A DNA stretch of 62,130 nucleotides, counting the filler, from Sluysia triapertura (taxonomy: Eukaryota): the NCBI GenBank assembly GCA_046118255.1. It is 5 parts of 5 records of this genome, joined end to end, with 100 filler letters (N's around TTAATTAATTAA, not from the genome) between each part and the next. Parts side by side here need not be neighbours in the genome. Positions count along the whole stretch, not along the records: positions 11,626 to 26,641 come from JBJNIA010241436.1; positions 26,742 to 38,327 come from JBJNIA010183124.1; 3 more parts are not named here. One strand, written 5' to 3'. Position 1 is the first letter of the stretch. Each line of letters begins with the position of its first letter. Below the pieces are notes generated by a model. The model was given only the letters and a program-made list of their open reading frames with translations. It was not told the DNA's origin and did no database searches. The position numbers and the translations under genes are program-made. Shown here in pieces: positions 13,360 to 27,555 of this stretch.

Positions 13360-14450
13360 GCTTTGGAAGCCTATCTTCATATTTCGATAGAAAAACGTAT
13401 GGAATTGACTGGTTTAATTAAGGAATTCGAGAATGCAGATTACTACTTAATGAAACTAATTCGTTTAACAAGCTAAATGATCAGAAACTAATACAAACAA
13501 AGGATAAAACACCACTTTTTATTCGTACGGCGTGGATATTCAGACTATAAATGAAGAAAACAAAGGTCTTAGGGAAGTAGTTAAAGAGTTGTCAATTCAA
13601 TTAAAACGACAGAAAATTAATGATGAAGAAAAGGATGATGAGGCTGATAAAGGAATGTTCAGTAAATTATTCATGATAACGGAAGCTGATGAACAAACTG
13701 GCGAAAGTACCAATATTGAGGAGTCGTCAATTAACGAGAATATCGATATAAAATGTTTATTAAAATAGACAAGATAGATAATGAATCAATAATAAAAGAA
13801 GTAGCTAACTTTGGACATATATGTGCATTAAATAATAGCAAAGATAGTATTTGTGAAATATTAATAAAAAATTACCCATTATATTTATTTTACAAGATAG
13901 TGCTGATGATACTCCTTTAAATAAAGTAATATTTGAAGAACATGTCGAAGCCGCTGATATAATCTTATCTGTTATAGAAAAACATATTCTATGGGCGATA
14001 AGTTTAAAGAATTCTGATCATCAATCATCCTTAATATTATATATAACATGTAATATCCTTGATTCTTTTATTGTTCGTTTGTTAAATAAGGTGCTCGGTT
14101 AGATATACAGGATAATTTAGATAATAACCCTCTTATTTATGTGATAAAAATGATGTATTTAGTGTTTCAGCGTCCAACTCATATGAACTATAATATTTTA
14201 CAAAAAGCAATATTGGAAAATAATGAAGAATCGGTCAAATATTTGACAGAATTGAAAAAATAGAAAAACGGTAGTAGGTAATCAGTCAGTCATACATTTG
14301 ATAGTACTTAGTAATCCTAATTTAGAAATGATGCATTTAATACTTAAGAGACCTGACTTGAATTTAGATCAAACTAATGCAGATGGCGAAAACGCCTCGG
14401 ATCGCTCTAGGTCTAAACGACAAGATACATGTAAAGATTACATTTTATGA
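13360..14450 (+). pseudogene. Ankyrin-repeat protein, IkB/Cactus-like, no introns evident, disrupted
   Basis: Stitched fragments: HICALNNSKDSICEILIK/LQDSADDTPLNKVIFEEHVEAADIIL...LKNSDHQSSL...LLNK/ARLDIQDNLDNNPL.../NILQKAILENNEESVKYL/GNQSVIHLIVLSNPNLEMMHLILKRPDLNLDQTNADGENA. Preceded by the acidic/coiled-coil ORF 13532-13768. Confidence 0.8.
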
Positions 14451-14711
14451 TTTTCTGTTTTATGTAAATTTTATGTTAATTGTTATTATTAGAAAATATA
14501 AATATTATTATTATTAAAATACATAAAACGTAATATTAAAAAATAAAAATATAATTTAAATAATTTTGTTTTAAAATTAATTATTTAGATAAAGAAAAAA
14601 TAGTAATTTTGTTTTAATTATTAAACGTTGTCCTTAAACCTCTAAAACGATATGAAACATGACCTGCTTAAGCCTGAGAAACCTAGTGAAATACGAGTAG
14701 TGCCAATTGGT

Positions 14712-14734
14712 CCTAGCGGCAACAAAAGGGTTAA
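14712..14734. mobile_element. piggyBac-like terminal sequence (orphan end)
   Basis: Reverse complement reads TTAA-CCCTTTTGTTGCCGCTAGG, fitting the TTAA+CCC pattern. No partner TIR found. Confidence 0.35.
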
Positions 14735-17700
14735 GATGTATTGATAGATGTTAAAGTAAACTTTTGCTTTTGACATTAAAAGTATTATTATAAATAAATT
14801 ATTAAGTTGTTAAAATTTCACCAAGTAATATAACACAGTACTGTTAATATTTAACACGGTTATTTACATAAATAATACATTTATATTTTATTAGTAAAAT
14901 GCGACATTTCGTAAATTAAACAAACTCAAAATTCATATTATTCATATCACTCACTTTCAACCACAATTTATCATTTTTATTTAGAAATATATATACTTCT
15001 TTTATACTTCCTCATAAATTTGTGATACTGGGGTAATGATAAAAGTTTTTTTAACGTTATTTTCCTGCAATAAAGATATAAACCAAGTATCAAATATTTT
15101 TTATTCATCGAGAATGTCAGATTCAGTTACACAAGCAGGAACATCTTCATTCTGAAACAGAGTTAAAAACTTGGGTCCAACTTTCAAGTACTTTCCAATG
15201 TTTAGCTCTTCGATGAGCTCTCTAAAATTTTCCATAAGTAGGGCTGGGGAAATAAGAAATTGAGAATGTTTATTTTTAAAAAAGGGGTTTTTTTTAAAGA
15301 TGTATATTTATTTTTAGAATTTATGATGCTACTTTACAATCATAAATTGTGACTAAATCGAGTGGGATAACAAGGAAAATATTTATTTTACTGAAGAAAT
15401 CATTAGGCCCCAATACGAATTTATCAAATTTAAATTTTGGTGCTTCCCTAAAACATAACTTTGATATAACAATCCTTGAATTCGAATCTGAATTAGTAAC
15501 ATTAACTTAAACGCTTTATTAGTTATTAATTCAAAAAAGGAATATTTGAAGCTTTTAGATAAACACAGAATAGTTTCATTTGTGACAAAAACTTTAGAAA
15601 AATTGTTAATGTAAAACAATATAGAAACAAGTTTGAATCCTCAGATTTCAAATTAATTTCAAATTCGAGCAGAGTTCGATAAGAAAAACGAGTTGATATA
15701 AACTAAAAATAAATAAAGCTTAACTTCATTAATTATTTTTGTTTTTAAGTTACTTTTTGTTATTTAATTTTTATTTTTTTGTATACTCAAGGCTTAAATA
15801 CAAATTTGGCTAAATTTAGCATCAGAATGTATTAACCATTTTGATTCTCCATAAAATAACAGTTATTTTGATTCAATAAACTAACTTTAATGTAGATTAG
15901 GTTTCTTCAAAATTCACATCAACGTTTCGTATTTCAACCTAAAGAATCTTTTAATATTTTCAAAGGTTACATAAATTTTACAAGTTTTAAAATTATCCTG
16001 ATCAGCCGCAGTATTAATTGCAAATAAACGTACGCATTCTTTATAACAACCTCTACTTTCTTTAATTTACCAACTTTTTCCGATCCAAGTAAATCAACTA
16101 AATGTAATATAGTATAACCAAGCTCGATATCTTCATCATCCTCACTTAATAATTACGCATTAAAACAACTACACTTTAAACTGCACGATTAACACCACCT
16201 TTTATAAAAGTTTGAAAACTTCTTCCATTGATTTAACTTATATTACCACAAAATCTAGAAACTGCATTAACCGTACAATTACCAACATTTATCCTTTACT
16301 AAATCATTTTCTTATGCTAACTGATGAATTTCTTGGATATTTGACATTTTTGTCATATTTTGCAGGAGTAACTTTAAAACAGAATCATAGATTTTCTTCT
16401 AAGTACAACTTTTATCAAATGAATAAACAAAACAAAACTTGTTTCCCAATAAAACGTCTTTCTTTGAACCGTCTATAAATGAAACACAAGTTTTACTTAA
16501 TTCCGCATGTCCTAATGGTCGAGGTCTCACAACCACATTTATTGAAGATTCTGATAACATACATATCAAATGAAAAACTTCAAATATTTGAAATGTTTTA
16601 TTTAGCTGTATTTAAATTAAAGCATGAAAAATTCTTGCTTATACATTATTTTTTTGTATAATAAAAATCGTATTACAAAGAAAATAATTACATTACATTA
16701 AAATGATTTCTAAATTTTGAATTTAATTTATTGTTCAGTTTTACTTAATTTTGAAAAGTAATTCAAAATTTAATAAATTAATTATAGAATATTAAAACTA
16801 AGCTTTTGTTAATATGTATAAAAACAAGTTATTATTTTGTTTCATTAAGTAAAGTTTTTGTAATTAATATTCAAATGAAAATATTTGTAATCGAAATATT
16901 ATAGAATATAATATTGATGCTATGTACATTATATTTAAAAGTTTTACTTGTATATCTAACAAATATGAGTAGTTTTGTATATTGCAGTTATACACTATGA
17001 AGCTTATATATTGGTTTGCTACAGCAGATCTTACCAAATAAAGTTTAATAGAAAAGTATACCACTTATTCTATTAGTGTTTTAAAATTTAAATTTATGAC
17101 AAAATGCATGAAAATAAAGTGTTAGCCTTCAATAAGCAGCTTACAATCTCGTGATGGGCATCCATATAAAATTTTCATTAACAAATCTATAAATACTTTC
17201 TAATTATGTACCTTTTAGTAAACTCAACAAAATTCAGTAATATAATATAACCAAATTTAAACATTGCAATAATTATTTACTAAATCATGTCTAAAAAAGG
17301 CTTCTGGAATATTTTTGTTAAAAAATAAATCTTGAAATCCATCTGGTTAACATCTTTAATAAAACATTGAAATTAGAAATGAAATAAGTTCGCCTTTATC
17401 ACAGTGTGATAATCATACTTTTTTCAATAATTTAATATAGATAAGTTAAATAAATTTATGTTGTGTAAACTTATGAAAATAATGTCGCCTTATATACAGT
17501 TTTGAAAGTGACCTTTAAGGAATTAAAACAAAGATGGAAATAAAGAATTATTATTTTAATTAATTTTAATAATGTTTTTTATAAATTTATTTTTAATATT
17601 AATTTCAATAATATTTTTAATATTAATTCTAATAATAAATAAAATAATAATAAAATATTACTAACTTGGATGACGGTAAAATTTCCAACGATAACAATTT

Positions 17701-17970
17701 TTTAATTAATTTGATAAAATTTCCAACAATTTAATCCAAAAACTATAATGAAAACTTTAATATTATATTTGAATTTTAATAACTTTAAAATTAAAATCTG
17801 TATTAATTTAATAACTTTAACTTTAAAATGACCAAAATGACCTTTGTTTAATAATTGTTTAATAACTTTAAAATGACCTTTGTATTTGCATAATATCATA
17901 TTTGTATTTGTATATTCTACATATTCAATTATACTACTTGGCACTTTTTAGGCCTTTACCCCAACATATA

Positions 17971-17971
17971 T

Positions 17972-18006
<35 letters not shown>
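17971..18006. repeat. (TTTA)n microsatellite
   Basis: Read directly. Confidence 0.9.
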
Positions 18007-19027
18007 TATATCATTATTAAGATATATATCATTATTAAAAAACTAATACAACTCAACATTATACAATAAATCTAACATCATTATATCATGAGCAAACATT
18101 TTTATTGACATCAAATTAAACAAATTTTACTTAAGTTAATTAACAAATGTACTTTAATATTTTAACAAATAAAACCTTGTAAAGGGTTGTTTCTTCGTAT
18201 TTCTCATTCTTTTGTTTTAATGTAATTACTATACATGCTACTTTTACCGTTACAATTCATCAAAATACCATATCTCAATTCCTCAATGACATTCACCTTA
18301 TTCCGTTTTCCTGAGTGCTAACCCTTATTCAATCTTTATCCTTCACTAATCCCAATTTTAATGATAACATTTACGTCGTAGTTAACGTAAAAATTAGTTA
18401 TTTTAATTAGGTTTTATAATTTAAAATTAAAGTTAAATTTGTTCCGATAATATATCATTAAAGTATATATTAAATTGATGTTTATAAGATGCAAATCCCA
18501 ATATGTTATTGAACATGACGTGCAACGTATTATACAAAATATTCCTGTGAAAAATAAATTTATTATTTTTAAGATAAATAATAACAGAATTATTATAAGA
18601 CAAGAGGATAAGAGAATTGTTTATCACAAATCCCATTATCATTGTATAATTAAAAAGACAATGAGATTTAATCAGTAAAATTAGTCAGCTTATTACCGAC
18701 TAAAAAGAATGAACATTTTTAATTTCCGTAGCGTCCAATTTCAAATTTTCAATCTCCCAAATGATTGTAAAACTGTAATATAACCATTTATATTTTTGCA
18801 GAAAAAACAGCACAAAAATAAGGCAGATGAGGAAGAAGCCTAAGACTCTTTTAGCTTTAGAGACACTGCTTCAAATCATTTGTGGAAAAAGTGACATTGA
18901 GGCTTATTCTTCAGCAGAAAACTAAAATACATATTAAGAGAATCTAAAAAGGAGGTTAGTAGCTCAGAATTTAATTTAATTTTCAATTTACAAATGCTTA
19001 TATTAAGGAAGTCTTGAATATCTTTTA

Positions 19028-19095
19028 GAATATATACAACCAGTACTAACAGAGAATGTCAAATTGCTAGAAGATTATTAAATATTTAAGAAAAA
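19028..19095 (+). repeat. Short dispersed repeat (second copy at 38264-38327)
   Basis: tatacaaccagtactaacagagaatgtcaaattgctagaagattat is near-identical to the contig end at 38264-38327. Confidence 0.8.
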
Positions 19096-20809
19096 AGCAA
19101 AGTTATTTCTGTTTCAGAAATATTATGGTGAATGATTTACCTTAAGCGCTTTTGAGTACTTTCGCGGTAGATATGAGCGCAATATAAATTAATAATATAT
19201 ATATAATAATATATTACAATAAAATGTTACCGATAACACTGAATATTTTATTGGAATTATATATTAAGTCATAAATTATAAATATGTTCTAACTAAATTC
19301 TGAAAACCAAAATGAATTATCATATTACGAGATTATTTGTTAAATTTATTGTCAATTAACGTTTTGTGATATATTTTATTGAAAAAATGATATATTTTAC
19401 AAATATACAAACAACTTTATGAAATTTAAATTAATCATATAGAAATGAATATTGCTATTTATATTGCTTTTCATTTTAATAAAAACAAACTTGTACTTGT
19501 TACATTATCAGTCCTAAATAACCGAGCTACTTGCTATTTCGGTCACGCTAAGTCACTCTAAAATACAGCTTTAGATGCTGACGGATAATGATAGGCGCGA
19601 GGTGAACAATTGCTCCATACCGACTACTTTGACTTTGAAAATAAAATACTACAAAAGCGCCAGAACAATAATAAGCATTTTCATAAGTCTTTCATAACAT
19701 TCGAAAGACTGGATGTTTGTAAAATATAATTATAATAACAATAATAATACAATAATAACAATATTGATTTTACTAATAATAATATTAACAACATAATTAC
19801 GATAATATTGAATGCTGAATGTATATTGATACATGTTCGCGACACGTTTTAACGTATATGTTAATGAGTTGGGTCACCATAATAATATGCTTAGATAAAT
19901 ATTCAAATTACATGTTACAATATTGCCAATATGTATTACGATTTCAGTCAAATTTTCGTATTGAGGTAGAATATATTCATGTCAAAATTAAAATCTACCT
20001 TATGATTATATTGTTCTAATAATTTGTAGTAAGTACTGCTTACTTTTGGACTAAAATTTAGAGTTATTCTATGAACATAATTAGCATTATATTTTGCAAG
20101 ACAAATGCTTTTATTAGTTGGTATAACTAGATTGCATTTAATTGCAACTAAATGAAATGTAAGATAGAAGCTAGAATTTATTTCAAACCCAATGCTTAAT
20201 AAATGAGATGGTCCAATGCCTGTAACATTTATTGAGTGAATTTCCACCGATTTATAAATTTATATTTCACTCTTTGTTATTGAATTTTAAAAGGCGCCTA
20301 ATTTTACGATTTGAATTAACTATGGAACAATCAGCCTTTTTGTACATACGTAGTTCGTGCTTAATATATACTACAATACTAAATAGCGAAATATGGCCTT
20401 TAGTGGCGACAAAGCTACATTATTTTCAACTCATTCAACCAGGCTTATCAACATATTTTTGTAAGTATTAGATTTAAAAAATATTTGCCATAGCTATGTT
20501 TGTTTGAACTTAATGAATTTGCGATGTATTATGACATTTTGGACGTTAAATCTTTAACTAAACTACACCAATTTTTAATATTCTTGAAAATAGATAAATA
20601 ATGATTTGAAATAAGTTGAGTCTTAATTCATTTTCAGTTTATTTTTATGCATCGAATCTGTTATCAGTTAAGTCGTTAAAATTAATAGGATAAATTGAAC
20701 TTAAGGAGCAAACTTCTTGATGTGAACCTGAAAACATAACTTCACAGTTATCATTAATACGAATAATTTGATTCGGATTTAACAGAACTTAATTTACTGT
20801 TTCTTCCAT

Positions 20810-22293
20810 TATGGTGGTCAGCACAAGATTTCACAAAATTTTTAAATTCGATATCGCACAACATCCAAATCACTCATCGCATGAAAATTTATTAAATTTA
20901 TGTTTTTAAACCCAAAAAATAAAACTAAATGAAATTACCATCAAAAAATTTCAATTTCATTAACTTCCTATTATAACCTTTTTTTTACTCATTTTCACTT
21001 CTCCATAATATCTTTCTTAAACAACAACTGGACTATAGTAAAGAAGTTGCCAAATATTTTCACGTCAAAAGAAAACTCCATCTATATCTCAATAAAAGAA
21101 CCTTGTATAATTTTCATATAACTATCTTTCAAAATAGCAAAGGAATCCATGTGGTTTTTCTCAATATCATCGGTATCAATGATAATAGTCAAAAACTAAT
21201 TCCAATTTCACTATCACCTATTGTACTGCATTTTTTTATCCTCGCAAATGTACTAATTTAAAACGTAAACGCAAACCATCATTTGGATCATTGAATATCA
21301 ATATGAAAAAGATAAAATGATTTAAAGGAAGAACTGATGAATAAAGGTAATTATCAGAATAAAATCTAAATGGAAATAAAAGATGTAATAAAAGTAATAA
21401 GTCACCTGTAATAACGAAAACGTATCACTAATCTCATTTTGTATCATTGGATAATTCTTCCAACAGATTTTCAAGAAGTAAACTCGAAGAAACAAAAGAA
21501 AACAATCTCTCCACCAAAAGTTGAACAAATGTACAGCTCTTCCAAAAACGAAAACAAATTATAAACGCAGAAACAATCGGCATTCACAGAATTATCAGAA
21601 AAATTAAAACTCTTCAAAACAAATTATTTCTAATATTAAAATATTCGATACGAAGAAATTTCCCATTATCATACATTATTACTCTATCATCACAACCTGG
21701 ACAATTTTATCCATTATTCCGTGCAGTCCATAGACCTTTTAATGTTCATTGTATCAATACAATCGTTAAAAGTGATAAAGATATCAAAGACTTTGTGAAA
21801 ACATTACCAAAATGTTATCGTAATGGGATTTTACCAGAAAAGTCATTATTTTAATCAAAATGAATTCAGTGTTTCGTAACAACAATTTTTATGTATGAAA
21901 GCTTTATAAAACTATTCCGATGTCAATTGGAAATATTCGATTAGTTTAACTTCTGAAGATTGGCCATTTAAGATCAATTTAGAATTGATAAGAATTTTTT
22001 TTTCAATCAATTGTTCCAATTTAATAGAACAAATCGTACAAGAAATTACAAGTATATCACTTAGGAATTCAAAATCATTCAAAATTGAATTAAGTATAAC
22101 AAAAATTTATATTCACAAATAAAAAATTCAGAACTACTTTTAAATTATATCAAACACGCATTCAAACCAGCAGAAAATGTTTTAACAATAAATTATAATA
22201 AATATTTCAAAGCTCTTAGTAGATATAGTGGTAATAAAACCCATTTTTACTTATTTAAACATATAAAAGAACCAAGTAAATGGCCTCGTGAAT
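20810..22293 (+). pseudogene. Decayed ORF(s) of unknown function, composition like the TGTTGGGA-family internal region
   Basis: A/C-skewed coding-like stretch ending ...NYIKHAFKPAENVLTINYNKYFKALSRYSGNKTHFYLFKHIKEPSKWPRE*. No recognisable domain. Confidence 0.35.
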
Positions 22294-24956
22294 AATGTAC
22301 ACAATTTTTTTTGTTTGATAGATGAAGATAATCAATTCTATTTGCTAGCGACAATTTTAATAATTTAATTTGAGTATAATCAACTCAATTTAAAAAATTT
22401 CATTAGAACTATTTTAATTGCAAGTAGTAATGACTATTCATTGAACATATATAAATCATTACGTTTACAGGGCATGTGCCATCAGTGTTAATTTATTCAG
22501 TATCATGTTTAAAATTGCTATCTTACCATTGGTTATAAAAGCTATTTGTTTAAGCACCACGACGTATCAAGTGATATACCTAGGCATTACTCTATTTATA
22601 CGCTACTAAAAATAGTAGGTGGCTACAATTATAATAACAAGTTCGAAACCTACAATTGTTCACAAAATATTTATGCCAACATTCTCAATGTCGATACATT
22701 TTTTAAAATGAAAAATTTTGTTTCGTGTATTAAAGTAATTCAAAAGACAGATATAAAAGATACGGTTTGGATATGTTATATTTACTTTATAATGATTTCG
22801 TAAATTCTTTGACACCTATCTTTTGCTGGATTTCTGAATCTAAATCACTTGGCTGCCTACAAAAGCCGCGTATCAACTGTTTATTTAATCCTATCAGAAA
22901 GTGCTTAATGTTGCCAATATTACATTCGTACATCTTCATTTCAATAAATTGATGAACAACTCCTCAACAATTATACTAGAACTGAGGTCCTAGATACTTT
23001 GAGCTTTGTTAATATGATAAAGCAGTTCCATGTCAAATTGATGATAATCATCGTAAACGATATTGAAGATAATGTCAATAAAACGAAGCAAGTTCATGTA
23101 AATGTATTATTTATAATCGACAGCGAGATTGAAGATAATATTAACAAAATAATCGAGATTGAAGAGAGTAATCAATTTAGTAAGTCAAAACAAGTTAAGA
23201 AATCGATGTTGAGTCGCGTTTGAGTATGTAAAAAAGTTATTATGAAGTTGAAGTTTATAACTGGCTTACACGATATGATCCACAAAGTACGTCTTTTTAA
23301 TTCTGTCTCTCGTATTTGTTTTTTTGTTTTATTCGTGTCTTAAATTCTTTTGACAATGGTTTCTCAATATATTTCTCAATATAGAAAGTTTATTTAAAAT
23401 TTTTAGTAAATATATCTGTCTTAGTTTATTATCTTAATTTTATAATCTGTAAAGATTTTACTTTAAGCCACTCAGATATTAGTTACATTAATAAACATGA
23501 ATATTTTAACAATAATTTTAAAATAAACTATTTTCATATTATATACAAATAATATCATTACATTACCTAAATGAATAAAAATATTTCATATCAAAACATT
23601 TCATGAAGATCAAATATTTCCGTTGAAATATCAAATTTAAGTTGAGCTATCTTGCATGGTTATGCCAGCTAATTCAATTATAAAATGATGTCAAACTTTA
23701 TTGATCAAGTTTTAGCTTTAACGCAATTGTGAAAATAATTACGAATTTTTAATTTATTTATCCAATAAAATGTGAATTGACAGTTACTGTATAAATTATG
23801 ACTTATGAGATAGTTGTTTCTTGTAGTTATTTGCAAAATACGAATATAAATAATGCTAATCTCAAAATATTTGGACCATACAGAACCATAAAAATAAACA
23901 ATAATGAATCAATAAGTAATTAAAACAATAAATAATACATAAATTAACAATTAAGCTAAATTTACATAACTTATTTACATTACTCTATTAAATAAAGATA
24001 TTATATTCTAAGAAATAAGGTTGCATAGTTGATTTAGAATTTGTCTGGCCAAGTCGTTTAAAGGGTTTTTTGTTTTTTCTTTAATTTTTTATGATATTTA
24101 TCGTAATTTAACTTTCCGTTATATTTTTTATTCAATCTCAGTGACTCTATGTTATCATCCTATGTTAATTTAAAAATAAGCATGGTTTACAATATGTAAA
24201 CAATATGTATAAAAATAAAAACAGTGAACAATGTTTTATTCTGAAAAAAATTATAAACTGTGTTATTTATATTTATTTTATTTTTATACAGCCGATTTCA
24301 TTGCAAATATTATTTTTACAATTATTAAAATTTTAAATTTATAAAAAATTTATCAAATATTTTTAGATAAATGTAAAGTTGGCTTTTTTCTTTAAATTTA
24401 ATAGTAAATGAAAATTTGTGGAATTAAAGCTTCGAAAATATTCTGCAGTACAGGAATTAGGATATACATAATAATAATAATAATAATGACAATAATAACG
24501 ATAATAATTGTAATACAATTTAATAACAGTTTTATTTTCAAATTTTTAAATTAAGTATGTTTTTAAGGTGAAATTAAACTTAATATTGTTTGATAATTTT
24601 TTCTTTCACTATATTACTTTATTCTTTGTATTTTATTTTATTCATATCAATATTTATATTAAACTAGTTTTATTTTATTACTATTTTCATATTATTTGTT
24701 TAGATACATTTTGAATTAATTTATTGGACGATAAATTTAATAATAATAAACTATAATTTAGTGATTGTTATACCTTTATTTCAAATGTTACAATGACATT
24801 ATGAAATTTTTGTTTAAAATATTAAAATAAATTGAATCAAATTAAATAGAATTTATTAATATATTAATTTATTAAAATTCATATTTAATCTATCTGCAAG
24901 AATATTTTTAATTACAAAGGATATTTAAATAACATTTTATTTTAAAGAAGTACACT

Positions 24957-25830
24957 TGTTGGGATTTCCCAAGTGTAGATCAGGAAAAGAGTAAGAAACA
25001 TATGGAACTATAAAATCAAGGAAGAACCGATACAAAGTGATGGATTGAGAATTATAAACGTTGAAATAATTTATAATGATCTTAACGGTTAAAGAATATC
25101 TTAAGGTTCCACAAACCTATATAAGGGTTTGAGACCTTATGGAAGCTTGAGATGGATTAGAAGCATTAAGGTACCTTTGAACTTTAAGAGACCTTGGAAC
25201 ATCGATGAGCATTTGAGATCCTTTAGTAATTTTATAAAGTGTTTAAAATCTTTAAAATAGTTGAGAAATAAAATCATAAGATATTGGTATTAAGAATAAA
25301 TCTAGTATAGTAATAATTAATATAAAGAAGTAGAAAAAGGAATCAGAGGTGAAAACAACTAGAGCCTCCTGAATGCCTTATAAACTACTAAAATATTTTA
25401 GAACCTCAATAAAACCTTTAAACATAGAATAAGATTAAGTTAAAAAAATACGTTTTCGTGAATAACTTTTGAATGTGGAACGCTACGTTAAATTGGAAAC
25501 TGTGTGTGTATTTGTTTTGAAAAGACCTGTCGATGAAGATATGGTTTGACCGAGTTCATACAAGGAAAGCCTTAATATTGAGCAAAGTCGAATTTTAATT
25601 AATTTTTAATTATGGAATGTTGAATTTTTACACTTAAAGTGATACAAATGCAATAAATTGAATGTGAGATGATTGCTATGAAAGAGGAGGATCTATAAAT
25701 GCGTTCAAAATGTTTGTAGAATGATTTGTTTGAGAATAAAAAGCTTGAAACATTGTTCATTAGAAAACTGAGTGTGAAAAATAGAAAACTAAATAAATAA
25801 CAGAAAGTGAAATTAAATTCGTTATTTTTA
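24957..25830 (-). mobile_element. TGTTGGGA-family element, copy D (intact terminus)
   Basis: Starts TGTTGGGATTTCCCAAGTGT on the plus strand. Colinear with A, B and C, and the reverse complement of E. Confidence 0.8.
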
Positions 25831-26479
25831 TGTTTTATGATTTATCGTAGCTAATAATTTCTAAAAACGTAACACAAAGACTACCAATAAAAACAAGAAT
25901 AAAATTAAAATCGTACAAATGTAAGTATCACTTAAAAATAATTAAACATATAAAACCAGATAAATGATAAGTTATATATCGTTTATGTTTCAATAAGATG
26001 TAATGTAAAATTATTGGAAGATTTTCAAATATTTAAGTATTTGGGGTCCTATTTTATTTCCATTGAATCCTTTATAGGTCCTATTTAATTTCAGCGAAAA
26101 CACAAAATGTTCACATACTCAAATCGAATTTAAATTATTTATTTTTTTAATTTAATTACGTTTATGTTACATTTATGTATTTATGCAATATTTATGTAAA
26201 TAAATTATATGATAAATATAGCAAATTAAAAAAAGTTTAAGTTCTAACTTATGAATATTCCTGTTTGTTTACGATATTACACTTGCATAACTCCAATAAA
26301 ACTAATCTGCATACTTCGCATATTGTACAGTGGTAGTATAGTGGCCCGAACTTATCGATCATGACGGGTCGGTGAAATAAAAATACGAAATGTAAACATT
26401 TTCTTATCGGAACATCTTCGACATATAGCAGATTAAATAAACGTTGTATTGTTAAATTAGCGTCGGAGATGCCTCAACA

Positions 26480-26498
26480 GAGGACCGCAAATGGTTAA
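26480..26498. mobile_element. piggyBac-like terminal sequence (orphan end)
   Basis: Reverse complement reads TTAA-CCATTTGCGGTCC, at the end of a relatively GC-rich block. No partner found. Confidence 0.3.
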
Positions 26499-26641
26499 GA
26501 GAATAAAGTGTTCATTCTAACTTAATATATAAATTAATAAATTATTATGATTATAATCATTTTTGGTTACAGAAAATATTCAGTTTTAATTAATATCAAC
26601 TTAGGCTTAAATATTAATTTTTTTCAACATTTGTTTGTTTT

Positions 26642-26741
26642 NNNNNNNNNNNNNNNNNNNNNNNNNNNNNNNNNNNNNNNNNNNNTTAATTAATTAANNN
26701 NNNNNNNNNNNNNNNNNNNNNNNNNNNNNNNNNNNNNNNNN
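26642..26741. other. Assembly linker N44-TTAATTAATTAA-N44
   Basis: Same spacer as at 11526. Confidence 0.98.
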
Positions 26742-26811
26742 TCATCAAAGATAATAATAGGTAATAAATTTACAATAATAATGAATATTAGTTAATAATA
26801 AATAGTAACAC

Positions 26812-26812
<1 letters not shown>

Positions 26813-26867
<55 letters not shown>
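26813..26867. repeat. (TAA)n microsatellite
   Basis: Read directly. Confidence 0.95.
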
Positions 26868-26870
<3 letters not shown>

Positions 26871-27311
26871 TTACAGTAAAAATACGGTAATAACAAAATA
26901 ATAAGTAGTAATAAATATTCATTCTGTCTAAATAATAAATAGTAATAATAAAATAATAAGTAGTGATAATAATAATAGTTAAAATAATAATTACTAACAA
27001 TAAGTGGTAATACTAATTTTTTATCTGAGTAATTTATTTTTTGTTATTAAATTTTGATTCTATAATATTTATATTCATTCTTATTTTAAGATGATTCTTA
27101 TCGATTATAATACTTTTAATTTTGATATTACATTGTTCTCTCTGTTCTGTTCAATCTTTAATTTAATTTGATTTTAATCGAGAATAATATTGTTAATTTT
27201 TAATGATATTCAATTTTTTAATTTTATTCAATCTCAGTTTAATATAATTTTAGCTTACGTATTAAACCGATCTTTATGTTCTTAAAGTTAAATGTTATAT
27301 TGTCTTTATAA

Positions 27312-27555
27312 AATCTCATTTTAAAATGACAGTTTATTTAGTTTAAGTTTAAAACTAGTTATCATTTATTATTAAATTTTGAATTTATATTAATTCTGTT
27401 AAATCTCGTTTTAAATTGATATAAAGAATTATAATCTTAATGATTTTAATTTTATTTTAAATATATTTAAATTAAATGAATTTTAGATTTGATTTAAAAA
27501 TTCTAAAAAACTGAAGATTAAAATAAATTGAAAAATGAATGAATATTATGTTACA
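27312..27555 (+). repeat. AT-rich dispersed repeat, copy 1 (ends ...GAATATTATGTTACA)
   Basis: Aligns with 44064-44293 (direct) and 30945-31150 (inverted): ttaaattttgaatttatatt...ttttaaattgat...attataatcttaat...aatgaatattat. Confidence 0.75.

Noticed and set aside
16095-16145. Minus-strand GYTILHL as an ankyrin start
   Set aside because: No further ankyrin repeat pattern follows.
20810-22293. Maverick/Polinton protein-primed PolB
   Set aside because: No exonuclease or polymerase motifs (DxE, DxNSLYP, YxDTDS) found in the frames I read.
24961-24970. Perfect NF-kB site GGGATTTCCC in the terminus of copy D
   Set aside because: Not conserved in copies E (GGGATTCACA) or F (GGGATTGCCA). A single 10-mer is weak evidence.
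26788-27000. Poly-Ile ORF (and poly-Leu ORF 46322-46504)
   Set aside because: Translations of (TAA)n microsatellites.
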